NCBI GenBank assembly: GCA_902492105.1
Contig: CABUKD010000001.1
Coordinates: 6,987-70,986 of the forward strand
Length of the DNA: 64,000 bases
Source of the DNA: an uncultured Clostridium sp.
GTDB taxonomy: Bacteria > Bacillota > Clostridia > TANB77 > CAG-508
Reading direction: 5' to 3'
The position numbers and the translations under genes were made by a program. Below, in pieces: positions 48,418-59,054 of the stretch. Each line of letters starts with the position of its first letter. Position 1 is the stretch's first letter. The notes below the pieces were generated by a model. The model saw nothing but the letters and a program-made list of their open reading frames with translations. It ran no database searches and had not been told where the DNA came from.

Positions 48418-50538
48418 TTAATTTTCACTTGTAGTAGAAACCTCTAAATCCCTCATATTTAAATTAATTCTGCCTTGGTCATCAATATCTGAAACTTTAA
48501 CTGTTACTTCGTCTCCAATAGAAAGTACATCTTCTACCTTTTCCACTCTTTTATGAGAAATTTTAGAAATGTGTAATAATCCTTCATTTCCACCACCTAA
48601 GTCAATAAATGCTCCAAATGGCATAATTCTGGTAACAGTTCCCTCATAAATTCCGCCTACTTCAATTACTTTAGCAACTTCTAAAATCATATCCATTGCT
48701 TTTTGAGCATTAGCTGTATCTGTAGAGTAAACAAATACTTTTCCATCTTCTTCGATGTCAATTTTTACACCAGTTTCTTCAATAATTTTATTAATCATTT
48801 TTCCACCAGGTCCAATAACATCCTTAATTTTTTCTGTATGAATCGTTGTGGTCATAATTTTTGGTGCATATTTTGAAATTTCTGCTCTTGGTTTACTAAT
48901 AACTGGTAGCATTACATTGTCTAAAATATAGTCTCTTGCTACTTTTGTTCTTTCAAAAGCTTCTTTAATAATGTCATAAGTTAGACCATCTATTTTAATA
49001 TCTACTTGAATAGCAGTAATACCATCTTTGGTTCCACCTACTTTAAAGTCCATATCTCCAAAGAAGTCTTCAATTCCTTGAATATCTGTAAGCATAATAT
49101 ATCTATTTGGATCATTTTTATCTGTTATAAGTCCTGTTGAGATACCTGCTACTGGCTTTTTAATAGGTACACCGGCATCCATTAAGGCAAGTGTGCTTCC
49201 ACAAATACTTGCCTGTGAAGTTGAACCATTAGAAGATAATACTTCAGATACTACACGAATAGCATATGGAAATTCTTCTTCTGAAGGAAGTACTGGTACT
49301 AAAGCTTTTTCTGCTAAAGCTCCATGTCCTATTTCTCTTCTACCTGGACCTCTTGAAGGTCTTGCTTCTCCTACGCTATAGGATGGGAAGTTATATTGAT
49401 GCATATATCTTTTTTCTGTTTCTTCGTCTAAACCATCTAGCATTTGTTCTTCACTTTTCATGCCAAGTGTTACTACAGACATAACTTGGGTTTGTCCTCT
49501 TGTAAAAATAGCACTTCCATGCACTCTTGGTAGAACAGCTACTTCACAAGATAATGGTCTTATTTCGTCTATTTTTCTACCGTCTGGACGTTTATGTTCT
49601 TCTAGAATCATTTCTCTTACACAAGCTTTTTCTAAGTCATGAATGCTATCTGCTATATCTGTTTTCTTTTCTTCGGTAGCTTCTTCTCCATATTTTTCTA
49701 CAAAATAGTTTGTAATATCTTCTGTAATTTTTTCAATATTTTCATCTCTTACGGTTTTGTCAGTAGCTTGTACATCTTGGTACATTCTTTCTTTAAAGTT
49801 TTCTTCAATTTCTTTGTATACTTCTGGATCTGTAGCAAAAGATTTGTATTCAAATTTTGGTTTGCCTATTTCGTCTTTCATGTTTTGTATAAAATGGCAA
49901 ATCTTTTTTATTTCTTCGTGTGCTTTTTTAATCGCTTCTAGCATAGTTTCATTTGGTATTTCATCAGCACCAGCTTCAATCATAGTAATTTTATCTAAAG
50001 TTCCTGCTACTGTTAAAGTTAGTCTGCTCTTTTCTCTTTGTGCTAATGTAGGATTTATAACAATTTCATTATCTACATATCCTACATTTACTGCTGCTGT
50101 TGGGCCTCCAAATGGAATGTCAGAAATAGAAAGTGCAGCTGATGCACCAATCATGGCACATACTTCTGGGCTATTATCTGGTTCTACTGATAATACAGTA
50201 GCAACTACACAAGTATCATTTCTAAAATCTTTTGGGAATAATGGTCTTAATGGTCTGTCGATTGCTCTTGAAGTTAAAATTGCTTTGTCTGTTGGCTTTC
50301 CTTCCCTTTTGGTAAAGCTTCCTGGGATTTTACCTACTGCATATAGTTTCTCTTCGTAGTCTACAGATAATGGGAAAAAGTCTATTCCCTCTTTTGGTTC
50401 TTTTGCTGCTGTTACATTTACCATAACAACAGTATCTCCGTAGCGTACTATTACACTACCATTGGCAAGTTCTGCAATTTTGCCTGTTTCAATACTTAGT
50501 TTTCTTCCTGCTAGTTCTGTTTCATAAATTTTAAACAT
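48418..50538 (-). CDS. pnp: Polyribonucleotide nucleotidyltransferase (PNPase).
   Basis: 706 aa. Two RNase PH-like domains, KH and S1 region. Lies downstream of rpsO. Confidence 0.95.
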   Translation of the reverse strand: MFKIYETELAGRKLSIETGKIAELANGSVIVRYGDTVVMVNVTAAKEPKEGIDFFPLSVDYEEKLYAVGKIPGSFTKREGKPTDKAILTSRAIDRPLRPLFPKDFRNDTCVVATVLSVEPDNSPEVCAMIGASAALSISDIPFGGPTAAVNVGYVDNEIVINPTLAQREKSRLTLTVAGTLDKITMIEAGADEIPNETMLEAIKKAHEEIKKICHFIQNMKDEIGKPKFEYKSFATDPEVYKEIEENFKERMYQDVQATDKTVRDENIEKITEDITNYFVEKYGEEATEEKKTDIADSIHDLEKACVREMILEEHKRPDGRKIDEIRPLSCEVAVLPRVHGSAIFTRGQTQVMSVVTLGMKSEEQMLDGLDEETEKRYMHQYNFPSYSVGEARPSRGPGRREIGHGALAEKALVPVLPSEEEFPYAIRVVSEVLSSNGSTSQASICGSTLALMDAGVPIKKPVAGISTGLITDKNDPNRYIMLTDIQGIEDFFGDMDFKVGGTKDGITAIQVDIKIDGLTYDIIKEAFERTKVARDYILDNVMLPVISKPRAEISKYAPKIMTTTIHTEKIKDVIGPGGKMINKIIEETGVKIDIEEDGKVFVYSTDTANAQKAMDMILEVAKVIEVGGIYEGTVTRIMPFGAFIDLGGGNEGLLHISKISHKRVEKVEDVLSIGDEVTVKVSDIDDQGRINLNMRDLEVSTTSEN

Positions 50539-50891
50539 GATAAATTCTTCCTTTCTTTTTACGTAAACATTATTTTTATTACCTATAGCAAAGTCATTTT
50601 TCTTGTCTTAAATGTTTACAAAATTTATATTGAAACAATACCAAATTAGTGTAACCTCTATTATATGTTAAAATTTTCTTAACACATAATACAAGCTACT
50701 ATCTAATTTTAGGTATTGTTTAAATATCTTTTGAAATTTTAAAATATTAATATCAATATTAGTACAAATACAATTATCAATATTTAATGTTGAATATATT
50801 ATCTTTGTAAATAGTATTTGAATTTTTTCTAAAAAATATCCTTTTTTCGTTTAAAAAAGTGCATTTTTTGACAAGTCAATTTATAAATTTA

Positions 50892-50917
50892 GACGTTTGG
50901 CTATCATGCTAAACGTC
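50892..50917 (-). promoter_or_regulatory. Stem-loop in the rpsO-pnp intergenic region. Candidate rpsO terminator or RNase III-processed pnp leader hairpin.
   Basis: 7-bp stem GACGTTT / AAACGTC with 12-nt loop immediately 3' of rpsO. Confidence 0.35.
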
Positions 50918-50929
50918 CAAATTTTATAA

Positions 50930-51202
50930 TTATTTTCTTAAGCCTAATTTTTCAACGATATCTCTATATCTTTGAACATCTTTTTTAGCTAAGTAATTTA
51001 GTAAGTTTCTTCTAGAACCTACCATTTTTAAAAGTCCTCTTCTTGAATGGTTATCTTTTACATGAACTTTTAAATGAGCTGTTAATTCATTAATTCTTTC
51101 TGTTAAAAGAGCGATTTGAACTTCTGGTGAACCAGTATCATTTTCTTCTCTTTTATAAGTATTAATGATTTCTTGTTTTCTTTCTTTTGTCATGTTTAGC
51201 AC
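50930..51202 (-). CDS. rpsO: 30S ribosomal protein S15.
   Basis: 90 aa. Conserved S15 sequence ([36 protein letters not shown]). Confidence 0.95.
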   Translation of the reverse strand: MLNMTKERKQEIINTYKREENDTGSPEVQIALLTERINELTAHLKVHVKDNHSRRGLLKMVGSRRNLLNYLAKKDVQRYRDIVEKLGLRK

Positions 51203-51377
51203 CTCCTATATTTTTATTTGCCTTAAACTGAGTAAAAGTGGAGTTTTTTTCCTTTTGCTAAGTATAAGGTAATTGGTATTTTTTAACACCATTCATATGA
51301 TAGCATATTTTTTTCAAAAAATCAACGTTTTTCATTAAATTTGCTCTTACTCACCTTGGCATAATTCTGTCACATGT

Positions 51378-52370
51378 TTATTCTGGTATATTTATTTTCC
51401 AAATTCCTTTTTTGGTAGAGCCTACTCTTTCAATAATGCCTTTTTCTTTTAGTGCTTTTATATTATATGATATACCATCTCTTGTTAAGTCAAGTGTTTT
51501 AGCCATTTCAATCTGTGTAATGCTTGGATTTTTTTTAATTAAATTTATTATTTTTTCTTGTGTAGTTTTTTGTGTAGTTTCTTGTGTAGTTTCTTGGTTA
51601 GAAGTTAAAATCATTCCATCTACAGCTTCATCTATAATTTTTAGCATAAACTCAATAAATTCATTAGAATTTCCTGCATTATTACAATTTTGAATAGCCG
51701 TATAGTATTCTTCTTGATATTTTTTTATTATAGTTTCTATGGGAATATATTTAAATAGTTCTTTCCAATGTGCAAGTATTGCAGTTTGCCATAGTCTAGC
51801 AGTTCTTCCATTTCCATCCGAAAAAGGGTGTATAAATACAAATTCATAATGAAATATGGAAGATAAAATTAATGGATTAACATTTTCTTTTGCTTGATTC
51901 ATCCATTTAAATAAATTATCCATTAATGTTGGAACCATTTTATGAGGTGGAGCCATAAAAATTTGGATATTACCATCATAAACAGCTTCTCCATGATTTC
52001 TAAACTGTCCACTATCATCTTCAATAGCAAAAGTTAATATTCCATGTATTTTCTTTAAATCTTTTACTGAATATGGATTAATATTATCAATTTGTTCATA
52101 GGCTTTATATGCATTTTTAACTTCTTGAATATCTTTTTGTTCGCCGATAACTGCTTTTCCATTTATTACTGCTTCAACTTGAAACAATGATAATTGATTA
52201 TTTTCAATAGCTAAAGAAGAATGTATTGACTTTATTCTTGTCTTTCTTCTTAGCTCTGGAAATCTGTTCAAACTTTCAAAATAATTTGCTTCTCCAATTT
52301 TTTCCATTATAGTTGTTGCTAAATTTAACATTTTATCAGTTATTGTATATGGTGGGGAATTTATTTCCAT
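51378..52370 (-). CDS. Fic/Fido-domain protein with C-terminal winged-helix and an in-cis inhibitory motif.
   Basis: HPFSDGNGRTARLW Fic motif. A SLAIEN ([S/T]xxxE[G/N]) motif near the N-terminus. ETTQETTQKTTQ linker encoded by 15-bp tandem repeats at ~51545-51600. Confidence 0.85.
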   Translation of the reverse strand: MEINSPPYTITDKMLNLATTIMEKIGEANYFESLNRFPELRRKTRIKSIHSSLAIENNQLSLFQVEAVINGKAVIGEQKDIQEVKNAYKAYEQIDNINPYSVKDLKKIHGILTFAIEDDSGQFRNHGEAVYDGNIQIFMAPPHKMVPTLMDNLFKWMNQAKENVNPLILSSIFHYEFVFIHPFSDGNGRTARLWQTAILAHWKELFKYIPIETIIKKYQEEYYTAIQNCNNAGNSNEFIEFMLKIIDEAVDGMILTSNQETTQETTQKTTQEKIINLIKKNPSITQIEMAKTLDLTRDGISYNIKALKEKGIIERVGSTKKGIWKINIPE

Positions 52371-52468
52371 TTGAAACCTCCATTTAACTTTTTTACATTA
52401 ATTTCTAATACTGATATCATACCATAAAAATAAAAGATTATCAATTTTTTATGATAATCTTTTAAAAA

Positions 52469-52544
52469 TGGTGCCTCGAAGTGGAATCGAACCACTGACA
52501 CAGGGATTTTCAGTCCCTTGCTCTACCGACTGAGCTATCGAGGC
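52469..52544 (-). tRNA. tRNA-Phe (GAA).
   Basis: Reverse complement GCCTCGATAGCTCAGTCGGTAGAGCAAGGGACTGAAAATCCC...GGTTCGATTCCACTTCGAGGCACCA. Confidence 0.9.
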
Positions 52545-52557
52545 AAATATAAAAAAA

Positions 52558-52634
52558 TGGCGACCTGGAACGGGCTCGAACCGTCGACCTCTAGCGTGAC
52601 AGGCTAGCGTTCTAACCAACTGAACTACCAGGCC
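52558..52634 (-). tRNA. tRNA-Asp (GUC).
   Basis: Reverse complement GGCCTGGTAGTTCAGTTGGTTAGAACGCTAGCCTGTCACGCTAGAGGTCGACGGTTCGAGCCCGTTCCAGGTCGCCA. Confidence 0.9.
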
Positions 52635-52642
52635 GTAAAAAA

Positions 52643-52719
52643 ATGGTGGGCGCAATAGGGCTCGAACCTATGACCTCCTGCTTGTAAGGCAGATGCTCTC
52701 CCAGCTGAGCTATGCGCCC
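52643..52719 (-). tRNA. tRNA-Val (UAC).
   Basis: Reverse complement GGGCGCATAGCTCAGCTGGGAGAGCATCTGCCTTACAAGCAGGAGGTCATAGGTTCGAGCCCTATTGCGCCCACCA. Confidence 0.9.
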
Positions 52720-53031
52720 GGTTTTTCCTGACTTGTTTAGTATACTAAATTTTAAAAAGATTGTCAATACATATTCTAAAAAAAATCAGATTTTTTTGTA
52801 AAATTATTACACTAAAAAAGCCTTCCTAAAATAAAACTAAATTTATTGAATAAAAAGTATTAGAATTGTCTTTTGAAATTTTTAAAGCCTTGCGTGGGCG
52901 ACCATTGTGACAGCTGTTCGAGGAATTTATTCCGAGTTACAGCTATCCAAAAGGGGAAAGGTTTTTAAAATTGAAAAAGACAATTCTAATGCTTTAGTTA
53001 TATATTATAATCTTGTAAAGACAATTGCTTC

Positions 53032-54246
53032 TTATTCTTCATTTAGCACTTCAATTGCTTTTTGTAATTGCGTATCATCTTCTTCTGGTAATTCTAACTG
53101 TGCTTTAGCTTCATCTGATAATTCTACTTCTATATCTGGCTCAATTCCTATTTCATGAATAGCATTATGATTTGGTGTAAAATATTCATTGGTTGTAATT
53201 TTAAGTCCACTGCCATCTGATAATTGATGTAGTTCTTGAATAATTCCTTTTCCATAAGTTGTTGTTCCTACTAAGGTAGCTTTACCATTTTCTTTTAAAG
53301 CTGCTGCTAAAATTTCAGAAGCGCTTGCTGAATATTCATTTGTTAAAAGTACAATAGGCATATTGATAATTGGATCTGATGTAGATTTTGTAACATCTTC
53401 TTTTTCGTTTTTATCTGTGGTAATTAGTAAGGTAGAGCCCTTATCTGTTATCATTTCTGCAATTTCTAGTGCTTCATCTACAATACCTCCACCATTATCA
53501 CGAATATCTATAATTAGTTTGGTAATTCCTTGTTTTTCTAATTCTAAATATTTTTCTCTAAATTCATCAGCACAACCACCTTCAAAGTCCGATATTGCAA
53601 TATATCCAATATTGTTTTCTAATACTTTTGTAGTAATATGGCTAATTAATACGGTTCTTCTTTCTATTTCAAAAGTTTTGGTTTCTTCTCCTCTTAGAAT
53701 TTCTAAAGTAACTTTCGTTCCCTCTTTTCCTTTTATTTTATTAGAAGCTTCATCTAATTGGTCACCAGTATAGCTTACACCATCTACTTTTGTAATAATA
53801 TCTCCTGGCATTAATCCTGCTTCTTCTGCAGGAGAATTTTCTATTGGACTAAGAACAAGTATAGCATTTTTTTCTGTATCTAATGTCATATAAATTCCAA
53901 TTCCTACATAATTACCATTGGTTTCTTGCATAATGTCGTCCATTTCTTCTTTTGTATAATATACGGTATATGGATCTCCAAGACCTGCTACATAGCCTTT
54001 AATTGCTCCTTCAATTAGGTCTTCATCATTGATTTCTCCTATGTATTTTCTTTCTAGTTCGCTTCTAAATTGGGAAAGAGTATATTCTAAGCCAGATAAA
54101 GAACTATTCGTTTTACCTATTCCAATTCCATTTGAACTAGTTAAATATTGGTAAGTTAAAAATGCGGTAATTAATGATGTAACAATAATGACAATTAAAA
54201 CAAGCATTATTATTTTATAAACTTTTTGTGTGTTGTTCTTTTCCAT
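53032..54246 (-). CDS. ctpA: Carboxy-terminal processing protease (S41 family) with PDZ domain.
   Basis: N-terminal TM, PDZ region, and S41 catalytic region (NEYSASASEILAAALKE, GTTTYGKG). Confidence 0.9.
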   Translation of the reverse strand: MEKNNTQKVYKIIMLVLIVIIVTSLITAFLTYQYLTSSNGIGIGKTNSSLSGLEYTLSQFRSELERKYIGEINDEDLIEGAIKGYVAGLGDPYTVYYTKEEMDDIMQETNGNYVGIGIYMTLDTEKNAILVLSPIENSPAEEAGLMPGDIITKVDGVSYTGDQLDEASNKIKGKEGTKVTLEILRGEETKTFEIERRTVLISHITTKVLENNIGYIAISDFEGGCADEFREKYLELEKQGITKLIIDIRDNGGGIVDEALEIAEMITDKGSTLLITTDKNEKEDVTKSTSDPIINMPIVLLTNEYSASASEILAAALKENGKATLVGTTTYGKGIIQELHQLSDGSGLKITTNEYFTPNHNAIHEIGIEPDIEVELSDEAKAQLELPEEDDTQLQKAIEVLNEE

Positions 54247-54540
54247 TTATATTTCTCGTATAATGACTCTATTTCATTATACGAATCTCCTTTCCATTTT
54301 AAATTTTCTTTTATTTGTTTTATTTTTTGCTATTATTTATTATTTCAAGTGTTGTTATATTTTTTAGTTTTTCTTTATTTAAGCTTTATTCTATACTTAT
54401 TCTATTTTTACTAAAATTATGTTAGTACTATTTGTTGCTTTTGTATAACCACAAAAAATATAGTGAATTTATTATTTTGTAGTGATAACAGTAGATTTTC
54501 ATCACTATATTTTTTACTTATTCTTTTATAATATTTTTTC

Positions 54541-55809
54541 CTATGGCTCTTTTACATAGTTTAATGGATTTGTAGTGCTTCCATTTATTCTAATTTCAAA
54601 ATGTAAGTGTGGACCTGTAGAGTTTCCTGTAGAACCTGTTTCCATAATGATGTCTCCTTGTTTTACTTCTGCTCCATTTTGCGTTAATACTTGTTGTCCA
54701 TGTCCATATAAAGTAGTAATACCATCTCCGTGGTAAACCATAACACAATTTCCATAGGAGCCAAGCCATCCTGCATAGGTAACTACACCATCTGCTACTG
54801 CTACCACAGGGGCTCCATATCCAGTGTTTCCAATGTCAATACCTTGATGGAAACGGACTACTCCTGCTATTGGATGTTCTCTGCTACCATAATAAGATGT
54901 AATTCCTGTACCAGAAATAGCAACAGGCCATATCATGGTTCCCCCCGTATACTGAATATTAAATTCTTGATTTTGGTTTGCAATTTCTAAAATTTTAGCT
55001 TCTATTCTAGCTGTGTCATCCTTATATTGCTGAATTTCTTCATTTAGCTTTTTCTCATCTTCTGATAATTTTTCTATGTATCCTTGTTGTAATGTTTTTG
55101 TGTTTTTTAAAACAACTTCTGTTTGCTCTGCTTTTGCCTTTAATATTTTTACTTCCGCTGTTTCATTTTCTAATTTTCTTTTTGCTAAGTCTATTTCATC
55201 TTTTTGTTGTTCTACTTTATCAATTAGTTGGTTATCATATTCTGCTATTTCAATCATAGCATAGTAAAGAGATAAAAAGTCTGATAAACTATTAGCTGAT
55301 AAAAGAACATCCAAATAAGCAATATCTCCTGCTTCATATAATGCTACTAATCTATCTTCTAATTGTTTTGATTTCTTTTCGTATTCTTGTGTAACTGTTT
55401 CTAATTTTTCCGTTGTTTCTGTTATAGAAGTTTCTAATTCTTGCAATTTAGATAATAAATCTGTATTTTCTTGTTCATATTGTCTAATTTTATCATCTAG
55501 CTCTTGAATTTGTACTAATGTATTGGACATTTCGGTTTGTACATATTCTAATTGTGAATTTGCTTCTTCTAATTTTTCTTGTGTTTCTTCTTTTTGTTGG
55601 TTCAAATTTTCTAATGGATCATTACTAGTTTGCTGATTGTTATTATCTTGATTAGTATTATCTTGAGTTTGTTCATTTTGGTTTTGTTGTGATTGATTAT
55701 TTTGTATTTGATTGTTTAAAGTGCCTGTATTACTTGCAAAAGAAGAGATTGAAATTCCACATATTAAAATAAAAACAAGGAGAATACATAGTATTTTTTG
55801 TTTTACCAT
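54541..55809 (-). CDS. Coiled-coil M23 family metallopeptidase (EnvC/PcsB-like murein hydrolase or activator).
   Basis: Signal peptide, long coiled coil, and C-terminal M23 motifs HQGIDIG ... HLHFE. Confidence 0.85.
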   Translation of the reverse strand: MVKQKILCILLVFILICGISISSFASNTGTLNNQIQNNQSQQNQNEQTQDNTNQDNNNQQTSNDPLENLNQQKEETQEKLEEANSQLEYVQTEMSNTLVQIQELDDKIRQYEQENTDLLSKLQELETSITETTEKLETVTQEYEKKSKQLEDRLVALYEAGDIAYLDVLLSANSLSDFLSLYYAMIEIAEYDNQLIDKVEQQKDEIDLAKRKLENETAEVKILKAKAEQTEVVLKNTKTLQQGYIEKLSEDEKKLNEEIQQYKDDTARIEAKILEIANQNQEFNIQYTGGTMIWPVAISGTGITSYYGSREHPIAGVVRFHQGIDIGNTGYGAPVVAVADGVVTYAGWLGSYGNCVMVYHGDGITTLYGHGQQVLTQNGAEVKQGDIIMETGSTGNSTGPHLHFEIRINGSTTNPLNYVKEP

Positions 55810-55932
55810 TGCGTTCTCCCCTCCTTTAATTTATTAATTTTGTACTTATATTCTTTTTTTTAAAATACTATACTGAATACTATTTTTAAGTAAATATTAT
55901 TTTATAAAAGATTTTTATTTTTCTCTTTTATT

Positions 55933-57096
55933 TTACCAATGTGTATAGTTAAGTGGATTTACTTCGCTTCCATAGTATGGACTTGTACGTACTTCAAAGT
56001 GTAAGTGTGGTCCTGATCCAATACCCGAATTTCCACTTCTTGCAATTTGTTGTCCTCTTGATACAGTTTGTCCTTGTGAAACAAGGATAGAACTTAAGTG
56101 TTGATAGAAAGTATATAAGTTATCTGCATGTTTTACCATAACATAATATCCTCTAACACTTGAATAACCTTTTGTCATAACATAACCATCTTCTGCAGAA
56201 TATACAGGTGTTCCAATAGGTACCCCTATGTCAATAGCTCTGTGGTTAGTACTTGCTCCTGCTACTGGTTGTTCCCTATTTCCAAAATAAGAAGTTATAT
56301 AATTGTAGTAAGGAGTATCACTACTTGATAATGGCCAAGCTAACACTCCATTGAAATTGCCATTATAATGACCGTTGGACTCTTGAGCTGCTTTTCTAAT
56401 TTCTTCTTCTATTCTATCTATTTCTTCATTATATTCTTCAATGTCTGCCTGCAATTGTTTTTGTTCTGCGGTTAAATTTGACATTTTACTTTCTTTTGAA
56501 GCTTTTGCTGTTTCTAATTGTTCTTTTTTAGATTCTGCTTGTTTTTTAGAAGAGTCTAATTTTGTTTTTTCTTCTTCTAAATCATTCTTTGCTTTTTCTA
56601 CTTCTTGTCTTTTATTTTCTACTTCTTCCATTTGCTGATTATCTGCAATAGCTAATTCTTGTACTCTGGAACTCATAGAAATGTAGTCCCAAATATTATC
56701 TGAAGATAAAAGAGCATCTAGGAAAGTAATTTGACCTTCTTCATAAATTGCAACAAGTCTATCTTCTAATAATTGTGCTTTTTCTTCATAATCTTTTTCT
56801 AATTCTTTAATTTCTGTACTTTTTTCTTCTATGCTATTTTCTAAGTCATCAATTTCTGAATTTAATTTTGCTAACTCAGATTCATATTCTGAAATAGAAT
56901 CTTCCAATTCAGAAATTTCGTTAACAATATCATCTTTTTCTGCTATAATATCATTTTTTCTTTGTGTTGCTTCCTCTACTTTATCTTGTATATCACTTTT
57001 TTGGTCTTCTAAACTTGCTGCAATTACCTGTGTTACCATTACTTGCAACATGACTAAAATAACAAATATAGAAATAATTTTTCTTTTCATATGCAA
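55933..57096 (-). CDS. Coiled-coil M23 family metallopeptidase (paralogue).
   Basis: Signal peptide, coiled coil, and M23 motifs HRAIDIG ... GPHLHFEV. Confidence 0.85.
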   Translation of the reverse strand: MHMKRKIISIFVILVMLQVMVTQVIAASLEDQKSDIQDKVEEATQRKNDIIAEKDDIVNEISELEDSISEYESELAKLNSEIDDLENSIEEKSTEIKELEKDYEEKAQLLEDRLVAIYEEGQITFLDALLSSDNIWDYISMSSRVQELAIADNQQMEEVENKRQEVEKAKNDLEEEKTKLDSSKKQAESKKEQLETAKASKESKMSNLTAEQKQLQADIEEYNEEIDRIEEEIRKAAQESNGHYNGNFNGVLAWPLSSSDTPYYNYITSYFGNREQPVAGASTNHRAIDIGVPIGTPVYSAEDGYVMTKGYSSVRGYYVMVKHADNLYTFYQHLSSILVSQGQTVSRGQQIARSGNSGIGSGPHLHFEVRTSPYYGSEVNPLNYTHW

Positions 57097-57209
57097 CTTT
57101 TCTCCTTTTATAAAAGTTCTTTTTTTGCTTTTTTCTTTGTAATACGTTTTTTGTATTTTTTATAGTTCTTATCATTCTTATAAATTTCTATCAAATACTT
57201 TTTTAGCTT

Positions 57210-58139
57210 TTATACTTCTAAGTATTTTCTCATGGAAATTGCACTACCTAAAGCACCAATTCCAAGACCTAATACTAGGTATACAATAATTAAGGTACCA
57301 AACATGTCTGACATTGGTAATAGTAAAACATCTGCTCCTCTTAGACTAACTAATGCTTGCTCTATTTCATTAGATACTACATTATAAGCTCCACCTAATA
57401 ATAGCATAGAAATAATAGCAGAAATAAGCCCTATTATCATACCCTCTACCATAAATGGCCATCTAATAAAACCATTTGTTGCTCCTACATATTTCATAAT
57501 AGAAATTTCTTTTCTTCTGGCATGTACAGTTAGCTTAATGGTATTTGTAATAATAAAAATAGAAATTAAAATTAATATTACTAAGATGATAATGGATATT
57601 AATTTAATACCATCTGCAATCTGAATTAAAGCATTTACAGTGTCTGGTCTAGTTTGAATATTTGCTACAATAGGAGATTGTTCAATTTGATTTTGCACTT
57701 CTTCTAATTTTGTTAAATCTGTTAGTGTTACTACATACGAAGCTTTAAAAGGGTTTCCTTCTCCTTCATAGGTTTCCAAATAGCCTTTTTTGTCTTTGAA
57801 CATTCTCTTCATCTGGTCTAATGCTTCTTCTTTTGTTTTATAGGTAACTGTATTTACATAGTTCATACTTCTAATTTGATTGCCAAGTTCCGTAGTTTGA
57901 GTTTCTGTTGCTTCATCATAAATAAATACTTCCATTCCTTGTTGTTCTTCAATGGTTTTTGTAATATGGTTCACATTTTCTCCTACTAAAAAGAAAATAC
58001 CAAACACAAACATAGTTGCACACATAATAATGATAGAAGCAATTGTGGATTTTTTATTTTTAAATACATTTCTAAAACCTTCTCCAATTAAATAACCAAA
58101 AACACTATATCTCACCGTCATACCCACCTTTTTTATCAT
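57210..58139 (-). CDS. ftsX: Cell-division ABC transporter permease FtsX.
   Basis: Four TM topology with a large extracytoplasmic loop. It lies directly downstream of ftsE. Confidence 0.85.
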   Translation of the reverse strand: MIKKVGMTVRYSVFGYLIGEGFRNVFKNKKSTIASIIIMCATMFVFGIFFLVGENVNHITKTIEEQQGMEVFIYDEATETQTTELGNQIRSMNYVNTVTYKTKEEALDQMKRMFKDKKGYLETYEGEGNPFKASYVVTLTDLTKLEEVQNQIEQSPIVANIQTRPDTVNALIQIADGIKLISIIILVILILISIFIITNTIKLTVHARRKEISIMKYVGATNGFIRWPFMVEGMIIGLISAIISMLLLGGAYNVVSNEIEQALVSLRGADVLLLPMSDMFGTLIIVYLVLGLGIGALGSAISMRKYLEV

Positions 58140-58812
58140 CTCTAATGATATTACCTTCTTCTATTTGAATAACTCTTTTTTTCATTCTATCTACAATATC
58201 TTTTGCATGTGTTGCAACTACTACAGTAGTTCCTCTGTTATTAATATCATTTAAAAGAGTCATAATATCCCATGCTGTTTCAGGGTCTAAGTTTCCAGTT
58301 GGCTCATCTGCGATTAACATAGAAGGATTATTTACTAAAGCTCTTGCTAGTGCCACCCTTTGTTGTTCTCCTCCTGATAATTCATTTGGGTACATTTTAG
58401 CTTTATTGCTTAACCCTACTAAAGATAATACCATAGGTACTTGTCTTCTTATATGTCTTGGAGTTGCTCTTACAATATACATAGCATAAGCTACATTGTC
58501 GTAAACGGTTCTATCTGGTAATAACCTAAAGTCTTGAAAAACAACTCCCATACTTCTTCTTAAATAAGGAATTCTTTTTGGTTTTAGAAAAGTAGTATCT
58601 TTTCCATTAATAATAATATTTCCTTTGGTTGGTTCTTCTTCTTTTAGAATGAGCTTAATTAGTGTGGATTTTCCTGATCCAGAACTTCCTACTAAGAAAG
58701 CAAACTCACCTTTATCAATCACAAAATTAGCATTATGAACTGCTTCTGTACCAGTATCATATGTTTTGCTAACATTTCTAAATTCTATCATCTTGTAACT
58801 CCTTAATATCAA
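58105..58812 (-). CDS. ftsE: Cell-division ABC transporter ATP-binding protein FtsE.
   Basis: Walker A VGSSGSGKSTL, ABC signature LSGGEQQRVALARAL, Walker B LIADEPTGNLD. Confidence 0.9.
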   Translation of the reverse strand: MILRSYKMIEFRNVSKTYDTGTEAVHNANFVIDKGEFAFLVGSSGSGKSTLIKLILKEEEPTKGNIIINGKDTTFLKPKRIPYLRRSMGVVFQDFRLLPDRTVYDNVAYAMYIVRATPRHIRRQVPMVLSLVGLSNKAKMYPNELSGGEQQRVALARALVNNPSMLIADEPTGNLDPETAWDIMTLLNDINNRGTTVVVATHAKDIVDRMKKRVIQIEEGNIIRDDKKGGYDGEI

Positions 58813-59054
58813 TTTCGATATTTTTCTAGTTATTATTTTTTATTCTTCTTTATCATAACAATAAATTACATTATTTGCAATACTTTTTTGCAGAAAAAAA
58901 TAGAATAAAATCGCTTTTAAACGGCTTTATTTCTATTTTTCTCTTTATTTCTTTTATTTTTAAAATTCACAAAAAATTTACAATTTATATTTTATTTTTA
59001 GATGTTATTTTTTATATGTCTTCTACTTAAGTTTTATTTTTTCATACTTACTTT

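Noticed and set aside
49757-50359. 200-aa plus-strand ORF, with others at 49193-49941.
   Set aside because: Antisense to pnp, a strongly conserved minus-strand CDS. Shadow ORFs.
52449-52655. 68-aa minus-strand ORF.
   Set aside because: It overlaps the tRNA-Phe and tRNA-Asp genes. Its translation is just tRNA sequence read as protein.
52880-52990. Unusually GC-rich intergenic stretch (CCTTGCGTGGGCGACCATTGTGACAGCTGTTCGAGGAATTTATTCCGAG...) between ctpA and the tRNA cluster, considered as a possible small RNA.
   Set aside because: It has no convincing resemblance to SRP RNA, tmRNA, 6S RNA or T-box. Only short weak hairpins. It is more likely the promoter/leader of the tRNA operon. Left unannotated.
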